From: Syntrophales bacterium
Lineage (GTDB): Bacteria; Desulfobacterota; Syntrophia; Syntrophales; UBA2210
Length of the DNA: 64,000 nucleotides
Assembly: GCA_963666365.2 (NCBI GenBank)
Contig: CAXXNF010000001.1
Coordinates: 608,001 to 672,000 of the forward strand
Direction of reading: 5' to 3'
Shown here one piece after another: positions 1-9,495 of the stretch. The first letter of the stretch is position 1; every line of letters starts with the position of its first letter. The position numbers were made by a program, and so were the translations under genes. A model generated the notes under the pieces. That model ran no database searches. It was not told where the DNA came from and saw only the letters and a list, made by a program, of their open reading frames with translations.

Positions 1-750
1 AATCGCATTGGCCACCAATTCCTTCCCCGTTCCGCTTTCACCCCGAATCAACACGGTGGCATTGCTCTTCGAAACCTGACCGACCAGTCCGTAGACTTCC
101 TCCATCCCCTTCGATTTGCCGATAATATTCGCCGGATGAAACCGCTCCTTCAATTCATTTTGAAGACGCAGATTCTCCTGAATCAGTATTTCGCGTTCCT
201 CCTGGTTCTCCTGGCGAAGCCGCACTGCCTGTGCGACCATGGAGGCGATTAGGGAAAGAAGCCTCACATCCTCCTTGAGCGTTATTGATTCTTCAAAAAG
301 ACGGTCCGCGCTCAGCGCACCGATGACCTCCGTTCCGATCTTGACGGGAACACAGATGAAGGATATATCCTTTTTTTTCAAACCTTTACGCGAGCCCGTT
401 CGATCGAGGAACTGGGGTTCCTCGGATATGTGGGGCACAATAACCGGCTGACCCGTTTCAACAACCTTGCCGATCACCCCTTCTCCGATCTGGTAGCGTC
501 CTCTCTTCTTCTGCATTTCCGAGAGACCGTGGGCGGCTTCAATCGATATTTCCCCGGTGCGCCTGTTGAGAAGGGCCAGCATTCCCCGGGTCATTCCCAT
601 CTGTTCGGCCAGAGCGTTCAGGAGGGGCCCCACTACCTCCCGGAGATCCATACTCCTCCCGAGCGCTTTATTAACCTCCCATAGAAGCGATAGTTCCTTT
701 ACCTCTCGATTGACTTTCGGTTCGTTTATAGTGGCTGCCTTTTTTTCCAT
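1..750 (-). CDS. NifA-like sigma54-dependent enhancer-binding protein (GAF + AAA+), runs off the left edge of the window
   Basis: Manual translation from ATG at 750 (absent from the ORF track): MEKKAATINEPKVNREVKELSLLWEVNKALGRS...AAHGLSEMQKKRGRYQIGEGVIGKVVETG...FICVPVK... (NifA-type GAF), then IIGKSKGMEEV...ATVLIRGESGTGKELVANAI (sigma54-activator Walker A). Confidence 0.93.
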   Translation of the reverse strand, partial: MEKKAATINEPKVNREVKELSLLWEVNKALGRSMDLREVVGPLLNALAEQMGMTRGMLALLNRRTGEISIEAAHGLSEMQKKRGRYQIGEGVIGKVVETGQPVIVPHISEEPQFLDRTGSRKGLKKKDISFICVPVKIGTEVIGALSADRLFEESITLKEDVRLLSLIASMVAQAVRLRQENQEEREILIQENLRLQNELKERFHPANIIGKSKGMEEVYGLVGQVSKSNATVLIRGESGTGKELVANAI

Positions 751-793
751 CGCCTGTTTCCTTTGTTTACATGCAGTATCGTCGTATTATTTG

Positions 794-815
794 ATAATCG
801 ACTTTTTGAGAAATC
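794..815. repeat. 22-bp element, exact reverse complement of 43151-43172
   Basis: ATAATCGACTTTTTGAGAAATC vs GATTTCTCAAAAAGTCGATTAT. Confidence 0.85.
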
Positions 816-830
816 CGCCTTGGCAAACAC

Positions 831-865
831 TGTCACACTACCACATTGTGGGAATTCTATCAAAT
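831..865. promoter_or_regulatory. Putative enhancer (UAS) for the NifA-like activator
   Basis: TGTCACACTACCACATTGTGGGAATTCTATCAAAT; contains TGT-N10-TCA (one mismatch to the NifA TGT-N10-ACA site) and aligns with 26637-26672. Confidence 0.6.
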
Positions 866-1031
866 GGGCATCGCAGCCGGATCCATTATTTTTACAAAGG
901 CAAAATAACACCAAATTGTAATATTCTATTATTATCAGTACTATTATGTAGCTTTTATTGGTAGCAATATTTCACACAACATACTATTATTATTATATTA
1001 TATTAAATATTTATATGTTTATTTCGGGATA

Positions 1032-1047
1032 TGGCACCTCATTTGCA
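1032..1047 (+). promoter_or_regulatory. sigma54 (-24/-12) promoter of amtB-glnK
   Basis: TGGCAC-CTCAT-TTGCA, a perfect TGGCAC-N5-TTGCW match, preceded by an AT-rich tract. Confidence 0.9.
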
Positions 1048-1095
1048 TCATACAAAAACGTAATTTAATTGCATACATTTTTTGGAGGTGTTCAC

Positions 1096-2319
1096 ATGAA
1101 TACAGGAGATACGGCATGGGTCATGGTAAGTGCTGCAATGGTTTTGATCATGACACCGGGAGTCGCCCTCTTTTACGGCGGGCTCGCACGAAGGAAAAAC
1201 ATACTTTCAATTTTAATGCAGTGTTTTGTGATTATGTGCATTGTCGGGCTTCAGTGGGTCCTCTTCGGGTACTCGCTGGCATTCGGTCCCGATATAGGCG
1301 GCATAATCGGAGGGCTTGACTGGATAGGATTACGCACTGTGGGCATGGAACCGGGTCCCTATGCAGACAACATTCCCCACCTAGCCTTCATGATCTTCCA
1401 GGCCATGTTTGCCATTATCACCCCGGCACTGATGGTCGGTGCCTTTGCAGAGCGCATGAAATTCTCGGCCTTTGCAATTATTACGCTCCTTTGGACCACT
1501 TTCGTGTACGACCCCATCGCCCACTGGGTGTGGGGAGGCGGATGGCTCAGCGGAATCGGGGCTCTCGACTTTGCAGGCGGCATCGTTGTGCATGTCAGTT
1601 CGGGCGTTTCGGCCCTCCTCCTGGCCATACTGATCGGGCGAAGAGTGGGCATGGAACAGCATGCCTTTGCCCCGCATAACCTGCCGCTGACCATTCTCGG
1701 AGGCGCACTCCTCTGGTTCGGATGGTTCGGCTTTAATGCGGGAAGCGCTCTCGGCGCCAACGGACTTGCGGCAAATGCCTTCGTCACCACCAATACTGCG
1801 ACTGCCGCAGCGGGACTGACCTGGGTGCTGCTGGAGTGGAAAATCCTTGGAAAGCCGACAACTCTCGGCGTCGTGAGCGGAGCGCTGGCAGGACTCGTCG
1901 CGATCACCCCTGCCTGCGGATTCGTGAGCCCGATGGCGGCCATACTTATAGGATTTCTCGCCGGTACACTCTGTTATCTGGCGGTTACGGTCCTGAAGCC
2001 GAAACTGGGATATGACGACGCGCTCGACGTGTTCGGCATCCATGGCGTCGGAGGGATCTGGGGAACCATTGCAACAGGGCTTTTTGCAACCGTAGCCATC
2101 AACGAAGCAGGCGCCGAAGGGCTTTTTTACGGAAACGTAAAACTCCTTCTCATACAGGGCTTTTATATGATCGCCTGCATCGCATACGCCCTGGTCGTCA
2201 CATTCATTATTTATAAAATAGTCGATGGTCTGATCTGCACAAGAGTCAAAAAGGAAGATGAACTGATCGGACTCGATCTTACACAGCACCAAGAAGGCGC
2301 CTACACGGTCATGGAATAA
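1096..2319 (+). CDS. amtB: Ammonium transporter AmtB
   Basis: GDTAW, FQAMFAIIT, DFAGGIVVH, WFGWFGFNAGS, DDALDVFGIHG motifs with both conserved His residues; GGAGG RBS before ATG 1096. Confidence 0.97.
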   Translation: MNTGDTAWVMVSAAMVLIMTPGVALFYGGLARRKNILSILMQCFVIMCIVGLQWVLFGYSLAFGPDIGGIIGGLDWIGLRTVGMEPGPYADNIPHLAFMIFQAMFAIITPALMVGAFAERMKFSAFAIITLLWTTFVYDPIAHWVWGGGWLSGIGALDFAGGIVVHVSSGVSALLLAILIGRRVGMEQHAFAPHNLPLTILGGALLWFGWFGFNAGSALGANGLAANAFVTTNTATAAAGLTWVLLEWKILGKPTTLGVVSGALAGLVAITPACGFVSPMAAILIGFLAGTLCYLAVTVLKPKLGYDDALDVFGIHGVGGIWGTIATGLFATVAINEAGAEGLFYGNVKLLLIQGFYMIACIAYALVVTFIIYKIVDGLICTRVKKEDELIGLDLTQHQEGAYTVME

Positions 2320-2330
2320 GGAGGCATATC

Positions 2331-2669
2331 ATGAAATATATTATTGCAATCATTCAACCGCACAAGCTGGAAGCTGCAAAGCAGGCCCTTGAAGATGTGG
2401 GGGTCAACCTTATTACCGTTTCGAGTGCACTGGGACGGGGTAGACAGAAAGGGATTACCGAAATATACCGGGGCGCCAGAGAAGTGGGGCTCTTGAAAAA
2501 GATCAAGATTGAAACCGCCGTCAATGAAGATTTTGTGGAACCGGCCATCCGGGCCATTGAAACATCCTGTCATACCGGACAAGTCGGTGATGGAAAGATA
2601 TTTGTGCTCGATCTCGGAGAATGTATCAGAATCGGCACGGGCGAAAGGGGGAATGTGGCGATAGGCTGA
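2331..2669 (+). CDS. glnK: P-II nitrogen regulatory protein (GlnK-type by linkage to amtB)
   Basis: GRGRQKG T-loop, TGQVGDGKIFV, IRIGTGERG; directly follows amtB. Confidence 0.95.
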   Translation: MKYIIAIIQPHKLEAAKQALEDVGVNLITVSSALGRGRQKGITEIYRGAREVGLLKKIKIETAVNEDFVEPAIRAIETSCHTGQVGDGKIFVLDLGECIRIGTGERGNVAIG

Positions 2670-2720
2670 AAATCCGCTACAGCGGCGAAATATAACCAGG
2701 CATATGGAACATACTCATTG

Positions 2721-2752
2721 TGCGGCAATGGCGAAAGCCCGGCATTGCCGCA
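2721..2752 (+). terminator. Hairpin after glnK (probable terminator)
   Basis: TGCGGCAATG/CATTGCCGCA 10-bp stem followed by TCTTT. Confidence 0.6.
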
Positions 2753-2856
2753 TCTTTACACAAAGAAATTTCTACCATAATGTGGGCAATTCAAAAGTAT
2801 TTATCTCATATATTCCCGTGAAAGACAGGTGAGCACAGCAGAATATCGCGACCTTT

Positions 2857-2872
2857 TGGCAAGCTTATGGCT
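2857..2872 (+). promoter_or_regulatory. Possible orphan sigma54 promoter with a UAS-like motif at 2772-2792
   Basis: TGGCAA-GCTTA-TGGCT (GG-N10-GC kept, 2 mismatches); upstream CTACCATAATGTGGGCAATTC resembles the amtB UAS. Confidence 0.35.
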
Positions 2873-2898
2873 TTTCCGAAACCATACAGGAATAAAAG

Positions 2899-2919
2899 AG
2901 GGACACCTTCCCTATTTAA
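2899..2919. repeat. Single copy of the REP-like motif found at 57457-57583
   Basis: AGGGACACCTTCCCTATTTAA vs AGGGACAC-TTCCCTATTTAA; overlaps the response regulator stop codon. Confidence 0.65.
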
Positions 2920-3290
2920 CTCAAATTCTGAATAATTTTCACCAGAACGGATTTTTCTACGTACTCGAGGTTGATCGGCTTGGTGATGTAATCGTCGGCA
3001 CCCAATGCAAGCGCCCTTTTGGCAAGCTCTTCATCTATGACGGCGGTGACCATGATGACCACCGTCTTTGGAGCGAGTTTTTTGATTTCTTTGAGCGCAT
3101 CGAGTCCCCCCATCCCGGGCATGATGATATCGAGAAGAACCACGTGCGGCTTTATTTCCTCGACTTTTTCAATTGCTTCCCTGCCATCCGCTGCCGTATG
3201 AACATGGTATCCCTTCGAAGACAGATACTGCTTCAGCAGACGCACGGTGTAGATTTCATCGTCAACTACAAGAATGGTTTCCATGTCCAT
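2916..3290 (-). CDS. Single-domain response regulator (receiver only)
   Basis: ILVVDDE, VLLDIIMPGMGG (phospho-Asp), VMVTA, YITKP motifs. Confidence 0.92.
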   Translation of the reverse strand: MDMETILVVDDEIYTVRLLKQYLSSKGYHVHTAADGREAIEKVEEIKPHVVLLDIIMPGMGGLDALKEIKKLAPKTVVIMVTAVIDEELAKRALALGADDYITKPINLEYVEKSVLVKIIQNLS

Positions 3291-3680
3291 GGCAGGCCTA
3301 TCCTCTTCCGAAAAAGCACTCACCCGGCGCTCCTTTCATCGGCAGTTCGACAGAAAAGCCGTTCTTTCTTATTTTGCCTATCTCTTTTTTAATAGCTGAA
3401 ATTACATAATATGGGATTGTATGTCAAATTGATTATTTTTCATTTTTTGCAGAGTGCCAGGCGGATACATTTTAGAAGATAGCTATGTTATTTCAACTTG
3501 TTCTCTCCCATCGCCTCAAAATTTATCCTGTACATAGAGATCTGACGACAGGGAGATTCATTTGACTTTATTACAAATATACAGTAGCTTTCCGGTAATT
3601 TTCACTTCATGGAGGGTAATTTCCTGACTGCAGATGTTCCACTACATTCCATGATTCCGTACCTCAAAGGGTAACCGCAC

Positions 3681-6167
3681 ATGAAAGACCAAGGAAAAAA
3701 GCAGGCAGAGCTGCTCGAAGAAAACTCCCGTTTAAGGTTTAAAATTCAAGAGCTTGCGCAAGTGATCGAAAAATCGATTCCGCGAGAAGACCTTGAAGAG
3801 CTTCAGCAACGTGAAGAACACATGCGCCTTATGTTGCGTTCAATCGGCGATGCGGTCATCGCTACCGACAGGAAGGGGCAGGTCATTCAGATGAACCCTG
3901 CTGCTGAAGCCATGACCGGATGGTCTGTCGACGAGGCGCTGGGAAAACCGCTTGCGGCGGTATTTCATATCGTCAATGCAACAACGCGCACCATAGTGGA
4001 AAACCCCGTGGACCGGGTGATTGAGACGGGTCACGTGGTGGACCTGGCCAACCATACGATGCTCATCGCAAGGGACGGCGCCGAATATCAGATCATGGAC
4101 AGCGCCGCGCCCATACGCAATGATTATGGAGAGGTGCGAGGCGTGATACTCGTCTTCTCCGATGTCACGGAGAAATACGCCATCCAGGAATCCCTCCGCA
4201 AAAGTGAAGAGAAATATCGGCTCGTAGTGGACAACGCCAATGACGTAATCTGGACCTTCGACCTGGAATCGATGTCCTTCACCTATGTTTCTCCATCGAC
4301 AACGCGAATATTCGGGTATACCCCCGAACAGGCAATGCAAAGGACGCTCGACGACGCCTGTCCGCCCGAAACCATCAAACAGCTATGGGACAACTTCGGG
4401 AAGCTACGAACCGGTCGCATTCGGGGAGACCGTCTGGTTATGGAGGTCAGCCATTATACCGTCACCGGCGACACCCGATTACTGGAACTGAGCGCCACAC
4501 CGATAAAAAACAAAGAGGGCGTCGTAGTGGGGTTCTCCGGAGTGAGCCGGGACATCACGGATCGCAAGCGGGCGGAACGGGAACGGGAGGAGGCGCTTCA
4601 GGCGCTTCGGTTAAGTGAGGAACGGTATCGATCAGCCTTTCACACAAGCCCTGACGCTCTCAGCATCGTCAGAACAGCGGACGGCCTTTATTTCGACGTA
4701 AATGAAGGATTCTCGACTCTCACCGGCTACAGCCGCGAAGAGGTTCTTGGGGAAACAACCGCTGAACTGAAAATATGGCATGATCCCGCGGACCGGGAAC
4801 GACTCTATTCCATACTTGCAGCAGAGGGATCCGTAACCAATATGGAGGCCCTGTTCCGGACAAAAGATGGGAGTATCAAAACGGGATTACTGTCGGCCGG
4901 TTTTTTGGAAATCGACGGTGAACCGCACATACAGGTTATCACACGAGACATCACGGAAGAAAAACAGCTGGAAGCCCAGCGAGAAACAGAGAGGAAAGAG
5001 CGGCTCGACCTGGAACGGCGCCTCCTGCACGCCCAGAAGTTGGAGTCCATCGGCACACTGGCCGGAGGCATCGCCCATGACTTCAACAATCTGCTTATGG
5101 GCATACAGGGCTGTGCATCCCTGATGCTGCTCGATCTAGACCCGGCGCATCCTCACTACAGGCGGCTTAAACATATTGAGGAGCAGGTGGCAAGCGGGGC
5201 CACCCTTACAGGACAGCTCCTGGGCTTTGCCCGCGGCGGGCGCTATGAGATTCGTCCCACCTCGATCAATGAAATTGTCGAAAAAACCGCCGACATGTTC
5301 GGAAGAGCGAAAAAGGAAGTATCCATCCACAAAAAGCTGTCTCTCCATTGTCGGCCCGTCGAAATTGACAGGACTCAGATGGAACAGGTCTTTATGAACC
5401 TCTATGTGAATGCCTGGCAGGCCATGCCTAAAGGGGGCGACCTGTTTTTGGAAACAGCGAATGTAGTGCTTGACGCCCGGCAGACCGCACCGTTTCAAAT
5501 AGAACCGGGTCGTTATGTAAAAATATCGGTTATGGACACAGGAATCGGAATGGATGAAAAAACCCGCGAGCGGATTTTCGACCCCTTCTTTTCCACGAAG
5601 GCCATGGGAAGAGGCGCCGGTCTGGGTCTCGCCACCGTTTACGGCATCGTCAGGGGACACAAAGGAATGATTAGTGTTTACAGTGAACCGGACAGGGGCA
5701 CATCTTTTTCAATTTATCTGCCGGCATTGGACCAGGTCGCGATCGAAAAGGAGGCAAGGGTACAGCAGCCGATTCTTTTACGAGGCGTCGAAACGATTAT
5801 GTTGGTCGACGACGAGGATGTGGTGCTGGATGTGAGCCGGGAACTTCTCGAATCGCTGGGATATCGCGTCTATACCGCGGGGGGCGGCCGGGAAGCGTTG
5901 GAGCTTTACAAAGAAAAAAAGGATGCCATAGATCTGGTGATTCTGGACATGATCATGCCGTGCATATCGGGAAGTATCGCCTTCGATCGTCTGAAGGAAA
6001 TGAATCCCGGGGTGCGGGTCCTTCTCTCCAGTGGATACAGTATAAACAGCGAAGCAAAAGAGATCCTGGACAGAGGGTGCAGCGGCTTTCTCCAAAAACC
6101 CTTTCATCTGTCGCTGCTCTCCAGAAAAATACGAGAAATTCTGGATGCGGAAGCGAATGTTATGTAA
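3681..6167 (+). CDS. PAS-domain hybrid sensor histidine kinase/response regulator
   Basis: Three PAS/PAC repeats, H-box [35 protein letters not shown]-terminal receiver (LVDDE, LDMIMP, QKPF). Confidence 0.95.
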   Translation: MKDQGKKQAELLEENSRLRFKIQELAQVIEKSIPREDLEELQQREEHMRLMLRSIGDAVIATDRKGQVIQMNPAAEAMTGWSVDEALGKPLAAVFHIVNATTRTIVENPVDRVIETGHVVDLANHTMLIARDGAEYQIMDSAAPIRNDYGEVRGVILVFSDVTEKYAIQESLRKSEEKYRLVVDNANDVIWTFDLESMSFTYVSPSTTRIFGYTPEQAMQRTLDDACPPETIKQLWDNFGKLRTGRIRGDRLVMEVSHYTVTGDTRLLELSATPIKNKEGVVVGFSGVSRDITDRKRAEREREEALQALRLSEERYRSAFHTSPDALSIVRTADGLYFDVNEGFSTLTGYSREEVLGETTAELKIWHDPADRERLYSILAAEGSVTNMEALFRTKDGSIKTGLLSAGFLEIDGEPHIQVITRDITEEKQLEAQRETERKERLDLERRLLHAQKLESIGTLAGGIAHDFNNLLMGIQGCASLMLLDLDPAHPHYRRLKHIEEQVASGATLTGQLLGFARGGRYEIRPTSINEIVEKTADMFGRAKKEVSIHKKLSLHCRPVEIDRTQMEQVFMNLYVNAWQAMPKGGDLFLETANVVLDARQTAPFQIEPGRYVKISVMDTGIGMDEKTRERIFDPFFSTKAMGRGAGLGLATVYGIVRGHKGMISVYSEPDRGTSFSIYLPALDQVAIEKEARVQQPILLRGVETIMLVDDEDVVLDVSRELLESLGYRVYTAGGGREALELYKEKKDAIDLVILDMIMPCISGSIAFDRLKEMNPGVRVLLSSGYSINSEAKEILDRGCSGFLQKPFHLSLLSRKIREILDAEANVM

Positions 6168-6217
6168 TCAGCGTGCCTGTAATCGGCGCGCAACTAAATA
6201 GAGGAGTAAAAGGTAGA

Positions 6218-6871
6218 ATGAATTCCGAACACAGAGAGGACCTGTCAGTATTTTTAACGCCGACCTTTACCATCGAATCGGCCCATGAAACCATCGTGGA
6301 ATGTGCACACAACGTAACGGATACGTGCAAAAGCGACGCCGAAAAAGCCGTAAAGCTTTTCTATTTTGTGCGAGACTCGATCCGCTACAATCTCTTCATG
6401 ATTTCGGTATTTGAAGAAGATTTCAAGGCATCACGGATCCTTGAATGGGGAAAGGGGTATTGCGTGCAAAAGGCCGTCCTTCTCACCGCATTGGCCCGTG
6501 CTGCCGGAATTCCCGCGAGAATGGCCTTTGCACAAATAAGAAATCATCGTGTTCCTGAACATATTGTCCAGAAAATGGGGTCGAATATATTCCCCCGCCA
6601 CGGGTATAATCAGTTTTTCCTGAATGGACGGTGGATCAGTGCCGCTGCCACCTTCGACAAGGGACTCTGCGAAAAGAACGGCCTGCCGACGGTTGAATTC
6701 GACGGCACGTCAGATGCCATTCTGCCTGAAAAAGACTTGCAGGGAAGGCCCTATATCGAATATCTCGAAAAATTTGGCGCCTACGACGACCTTCCGTTTG
6801 AATGGATCGCCAGTATTATTTCAGAGCGTGTAGGCAAAGATAAGCGTCCCTGGCTCACAAGGGAAGGATAA
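6218..6871 (+). CDS. Transglutaminase-like domain protein
   Basis: LFYFVRDSIRY, GYCVQKAVLLTALARAAGIPAR (catalytic Cys), HGY; start set after the upstream purine-rich RBS region. Confidence 0.85.
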   Translation: MNSEHREDLSVFLTPTFTIESAHETIVECAHNVTDTCKSDAEKAVKLFYFVRDSIRYNLFMISVFEEDFKASRILEWGKGYCVQKAVLLTALARAAGIPARMAFAQIRNHRVPEHIVQKMGSNIFPRHGYNQFFLNGRWISAAATFDKGLCEKNGLPTVEFDGTSDAILPEKDLQGRPYIEYLEKFGAYDDLPFEWIASIISERVGKDKRPWLTREG

Positions 6872-6882
6872 GCGGACATTTC

Positions 6883-7692
6883 ATGACAAAGGATGAACGC
6901 AATTCAGTTACTGCATGGTTTGAAGAGTATGTCGATCTGTTCCGCGGCAGAGACGGGACATTACCTCCAGCGCTCGAATTGAAGCGGGAGCACAGCCTGA
7001 GGGTTGCCCACAATGCTCGGCTCATCTCAGAGACACTGAACATGCCCGAAAGAGAGCGATATCTTGCCGAAAGCGCCGGTCTGGTGCATGACGTGGGCCG
7101 CTTTCTTCAATTTAAAAATTACGGATCATTTCGGGACGTCGATACCGTCGATCACGGCGCCGAGGGGCGAAGGGTCCTGGAAGCTCATGCTCATTCATCT
7201 ATTCTCGACCCCGAAGAGCGAACCACGCTTTATTGCGCCGTGGCATTTCACAATCGCAACCAAAAAGATATTCCTCAGGATCTTACGGAGGGGCAGCGCA
7301 GGTTGCTTCATCTCATTCGAGATGCCGACAAGCTCGACATTCTGGAGCTTGTATTAAATTCTCTCGACGCTGACGGATTCCTCGAACTTCCCCAAATGCT
7401 GCCCCATATCAGACTGGATGGAACGGCAAGTCCCGCCGTACTTGATGAAGCCCTGACAACCCGATCTGTTTCGATGGGAGCACTTTCCTCTCTTGCTGAT
7501 TTTCTCGTGATGCTTGCGACGTGGTTTTACGACCTGAATTACGGACCTTCTCGAGAACTCGCCTATCAGAGAAATATTTTCCCCCGCCTTAGACAAAAGC
7601 TGCCCGATGAAGACGGCATAAATAAGCTCTTTTCGGACATTGACGAATTCACATCCACGTCTCGTAAAGAGTGGGTACACAACACCAACTGA
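6883..7692 (+). CDS. HD-domain phosphohydrolase
   Basis: KREHSLRV, LVHDVGRF, DHG, FHN, IRDADKLD. Confidence 0.87.
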   Translation: MTKDERNSVTAWFEEYVDLFRGRDGTLPPALELKREHSLRVAHNARLISETLNMPERERYLAESAGLVHDVGRFLQFKNYGSFRDVDTVDHGAEGRRVLEAHAHSSILDPEERTTLYCAVAFHNRNQKDIPQDLTEGQRRLLHLIRDADKLDILELVLNSLDADGFLELPQMLPHIRLDGTASPAVLDEALTTRSVSMGALSSLADFLVMLATWFYDLNYGPSRELAYQRNIFPRLRQKLPDEDGINKLFSDIDEFTSTSRKEWVHNTN

Positions 7693-7705
7693 AAGGATGT
7701 AATGT

Positions 7706-8098
7706 ATGAACAGTGATACGGCAACAATGATAAAGGAACTATGGGAGCAGCATGACGGCCCCATAGTGTTCAGCACCGTTGACAGAGCAGGCGTTCCGAA
7801 CGCCATATACGCAAGCTATGCAAAGCTGCTTGATGATGGAAAAATCGTCATCGCCGACAATTATTTTGACAAAACCAGGGCCAATATCAAAAACGGCAGC
7901 AAAGGCTCGGTGTTGTTCATCACAAAGGACATGAAATCCTATCAGGCAAAGGGACGCATCGAATATCTGACCGAGGGACCGGTCTATGAGGACATGCGTG
8001 CATGGGTGGATGAGAAGCATCCCCGTGTCGCCGCAGCAGTAATGTCGATAGAGGAACTGTACGCGGGATCGGAAAAACTGCTGTCACAGAAAATGTAG
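7706..8098 (+). CDS. Pyridoxamine 5'-phosphate oxidase-like FMN-binding protein
   Basis: FSTVDRAGVPN, IADNYFDKTRANI, SYQAKG. Confidence 0.85.
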   Translation: MNSDTATMIKELWEQHDGPIVFSTVDRAGVPNAIYASYAKLLDDGKIVIADNYFDKTRANIKNGSKGSVLFITKDMKSYQAKGRIEYLTEGPVYEDMRAWVDEKHPRVAAAVMSIEELYAGSEKLLSQKM

Positions 8099-8160
8099 GA
8101 ACCGGGCAAGAGGTTGCAGGTGTGGGAAATCCTGCCGCTTCGCCGCAGCAAGGCAATCCA

Positions 8161-9495
8161 ATGGCACATGAAGCATACCAGGTCGTAATCATCGGATCGG
8201 GTCCGGCGGGGCTTTTTGCAGCATTACGGCTTGAGCGGCTTGGGATAAAACGAATCGCCGTAATCGACCGGCATCCCTATCCCGCCGGTGGTCTTCTCAA
8301 TGACGGGAAGCTGAATTTCGATCATCGCATCGGCATAGATCCGGCAGAACTCGCCCTCAATCTTACACACACCCTTGATCTTATTGGGGAAGTTAAAGCT
8401 GTCTTTACCGGTTTTCCTCAATGCCGTCAGGTGACGGTCGTCGACAACAATGCAAGAATCAAGTCCCTGAAAAATATTGCGCAGGAGAACGGTGTCGAAT
8501 TCATTGCGCCGGAACAGTGGCACTGGGGTACCGATCAGGGAAAAGCGGTAGTAGATTACCTGAGGAATCTGCTCAAATCGACATCACTTATTCTGGGAAC
8601 GGAAGTGACAGCTATTGAACATGATGGCGGCACCAGTTTCCGCATCAGGGGAGCAACGAAGGGACGCACCCCTGTTTCCTACACGGCGGAGGCGGTTCTC
8701 GCCGCCCCGGGACGAAGCGGCGCCTATTGGTTCCGCGATGTGGCGGACAGTCTCGGAATCCATCATACATTCGGTCCCATCGATGTGGGCATACGTTTTG
8801 AGTTGCAGAAAATATTCTATGACGCCGTTACCGATGTCGTCTACGACCCGAAATTTATCTTTCATACCGCCCGTCACAACGACAGGGTGCGCACGTTCTG
8901 CACAAACCCGGGCGGAAGGGTCCGGGTGGAGCATTATCTTAATTTCAAACTGATAAACGGGGATGCCCTTTCAAACCGGAAAACGGCAAATACGAATTTC
9001 GCCCTCATCAATACGGTCGCCCTCACAAAACCCTTTTCCGACACCACCGAATACGGACGCATGATTGCCCAACAGTTCCATCTTCTGGGGGGCGGCGCAC
9101 CGATTGTGCAGCGGGTGGGAGATTTCAGAGAGGGAAGGAGAAGCGCTTCAGCAACATTTAACAGCCGAACCCGCCATTTCGAATCGCTCACGCCCTCGTA
9201 CCGCGCCGTTCCCGGAGACATCACGCTCGGCATGCCGGCCCGGATAATCGACAACCTCTGGGAATCACTAAAAACACTTGACAAGATAGTGCCGGGCATC
9301 CTCCACCCCTCCAGCCTCATGTACGCGCCGGAAATCAAATTTTTCGATACCCGCTTTCCCACCGGCACGCATCTGGAGACGAATGTGGAAGGCATGTTCG
9401 TGGCCGGCGACGGCACGGGAAAAAGCCGCGGCATAGTGGGAGCGGCCATATCAGGAATCATCGCGGCACAGGGCATCGCGAAAAGATGCGGTTGA
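8161..9495 (+). CDS. FAD-dependent oxidoreductase (uncharacterised family)
   Basis: IIGSGPAGLFAA Rossmann motif, RTFCTNPGG, C-terminal AGDGTGKSRGI. Confidence 0.85.
   Translation: MAHEAYQVVIIGSGPAGLFAALRLERLGIKRIAVIDRHPYPAGGLLNDGKLNFDHRIGIDPAELALNLTHTLDLIGEVKAVFTGFPQCRQVTVVDNNARIKSLKNIAQENGVEFIAPEQWHWGTDQGKAVVDYLRNLLKSTSLILGTEVTAIEHDGGTSFRIRGATKGRTPVSYTAEAVLAAPGRSGAYWFRDVADSLGIHHTFGPIDVGIRFELQKIFYDAVTDVVYDPKFIFHTARHNDRVRTFCTNPGGRVRVEHYLNFKLINGDALSNRKTANTNFALINTVALTKPFSDTTEYGRMIAQQFHLLGGGAPIVQRVGDFREGRRSASATFNSRTRHFESLTPSYRAVPGDITLGMPARIIDNLWESLKTLDKIVPGILHPSSLMYAPEIKFFDTRFPTGTHLETNVEGMFVAGDGTGKSRGIVGAAISGIIAAQGIAKRCG

Noticed and set aside
239..964. Short ORFs listed in the track at the left edge
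   Set aside because: They overlap the minus-strand NifA-like gene (1-750), which the track missed because its stop lies outside the window.
3441..3459. Minus-strand TGGCAC as a sigma54 promoter for the response regulator
   Set aside because: No GC at the -12 position with correct spacing.
5960..6217. N-terminal extension of the transglutaminase ORF
   Set aside because: Overlaps the kinase gene by about 200 nt; an RBS-like region supports ATG 6218.
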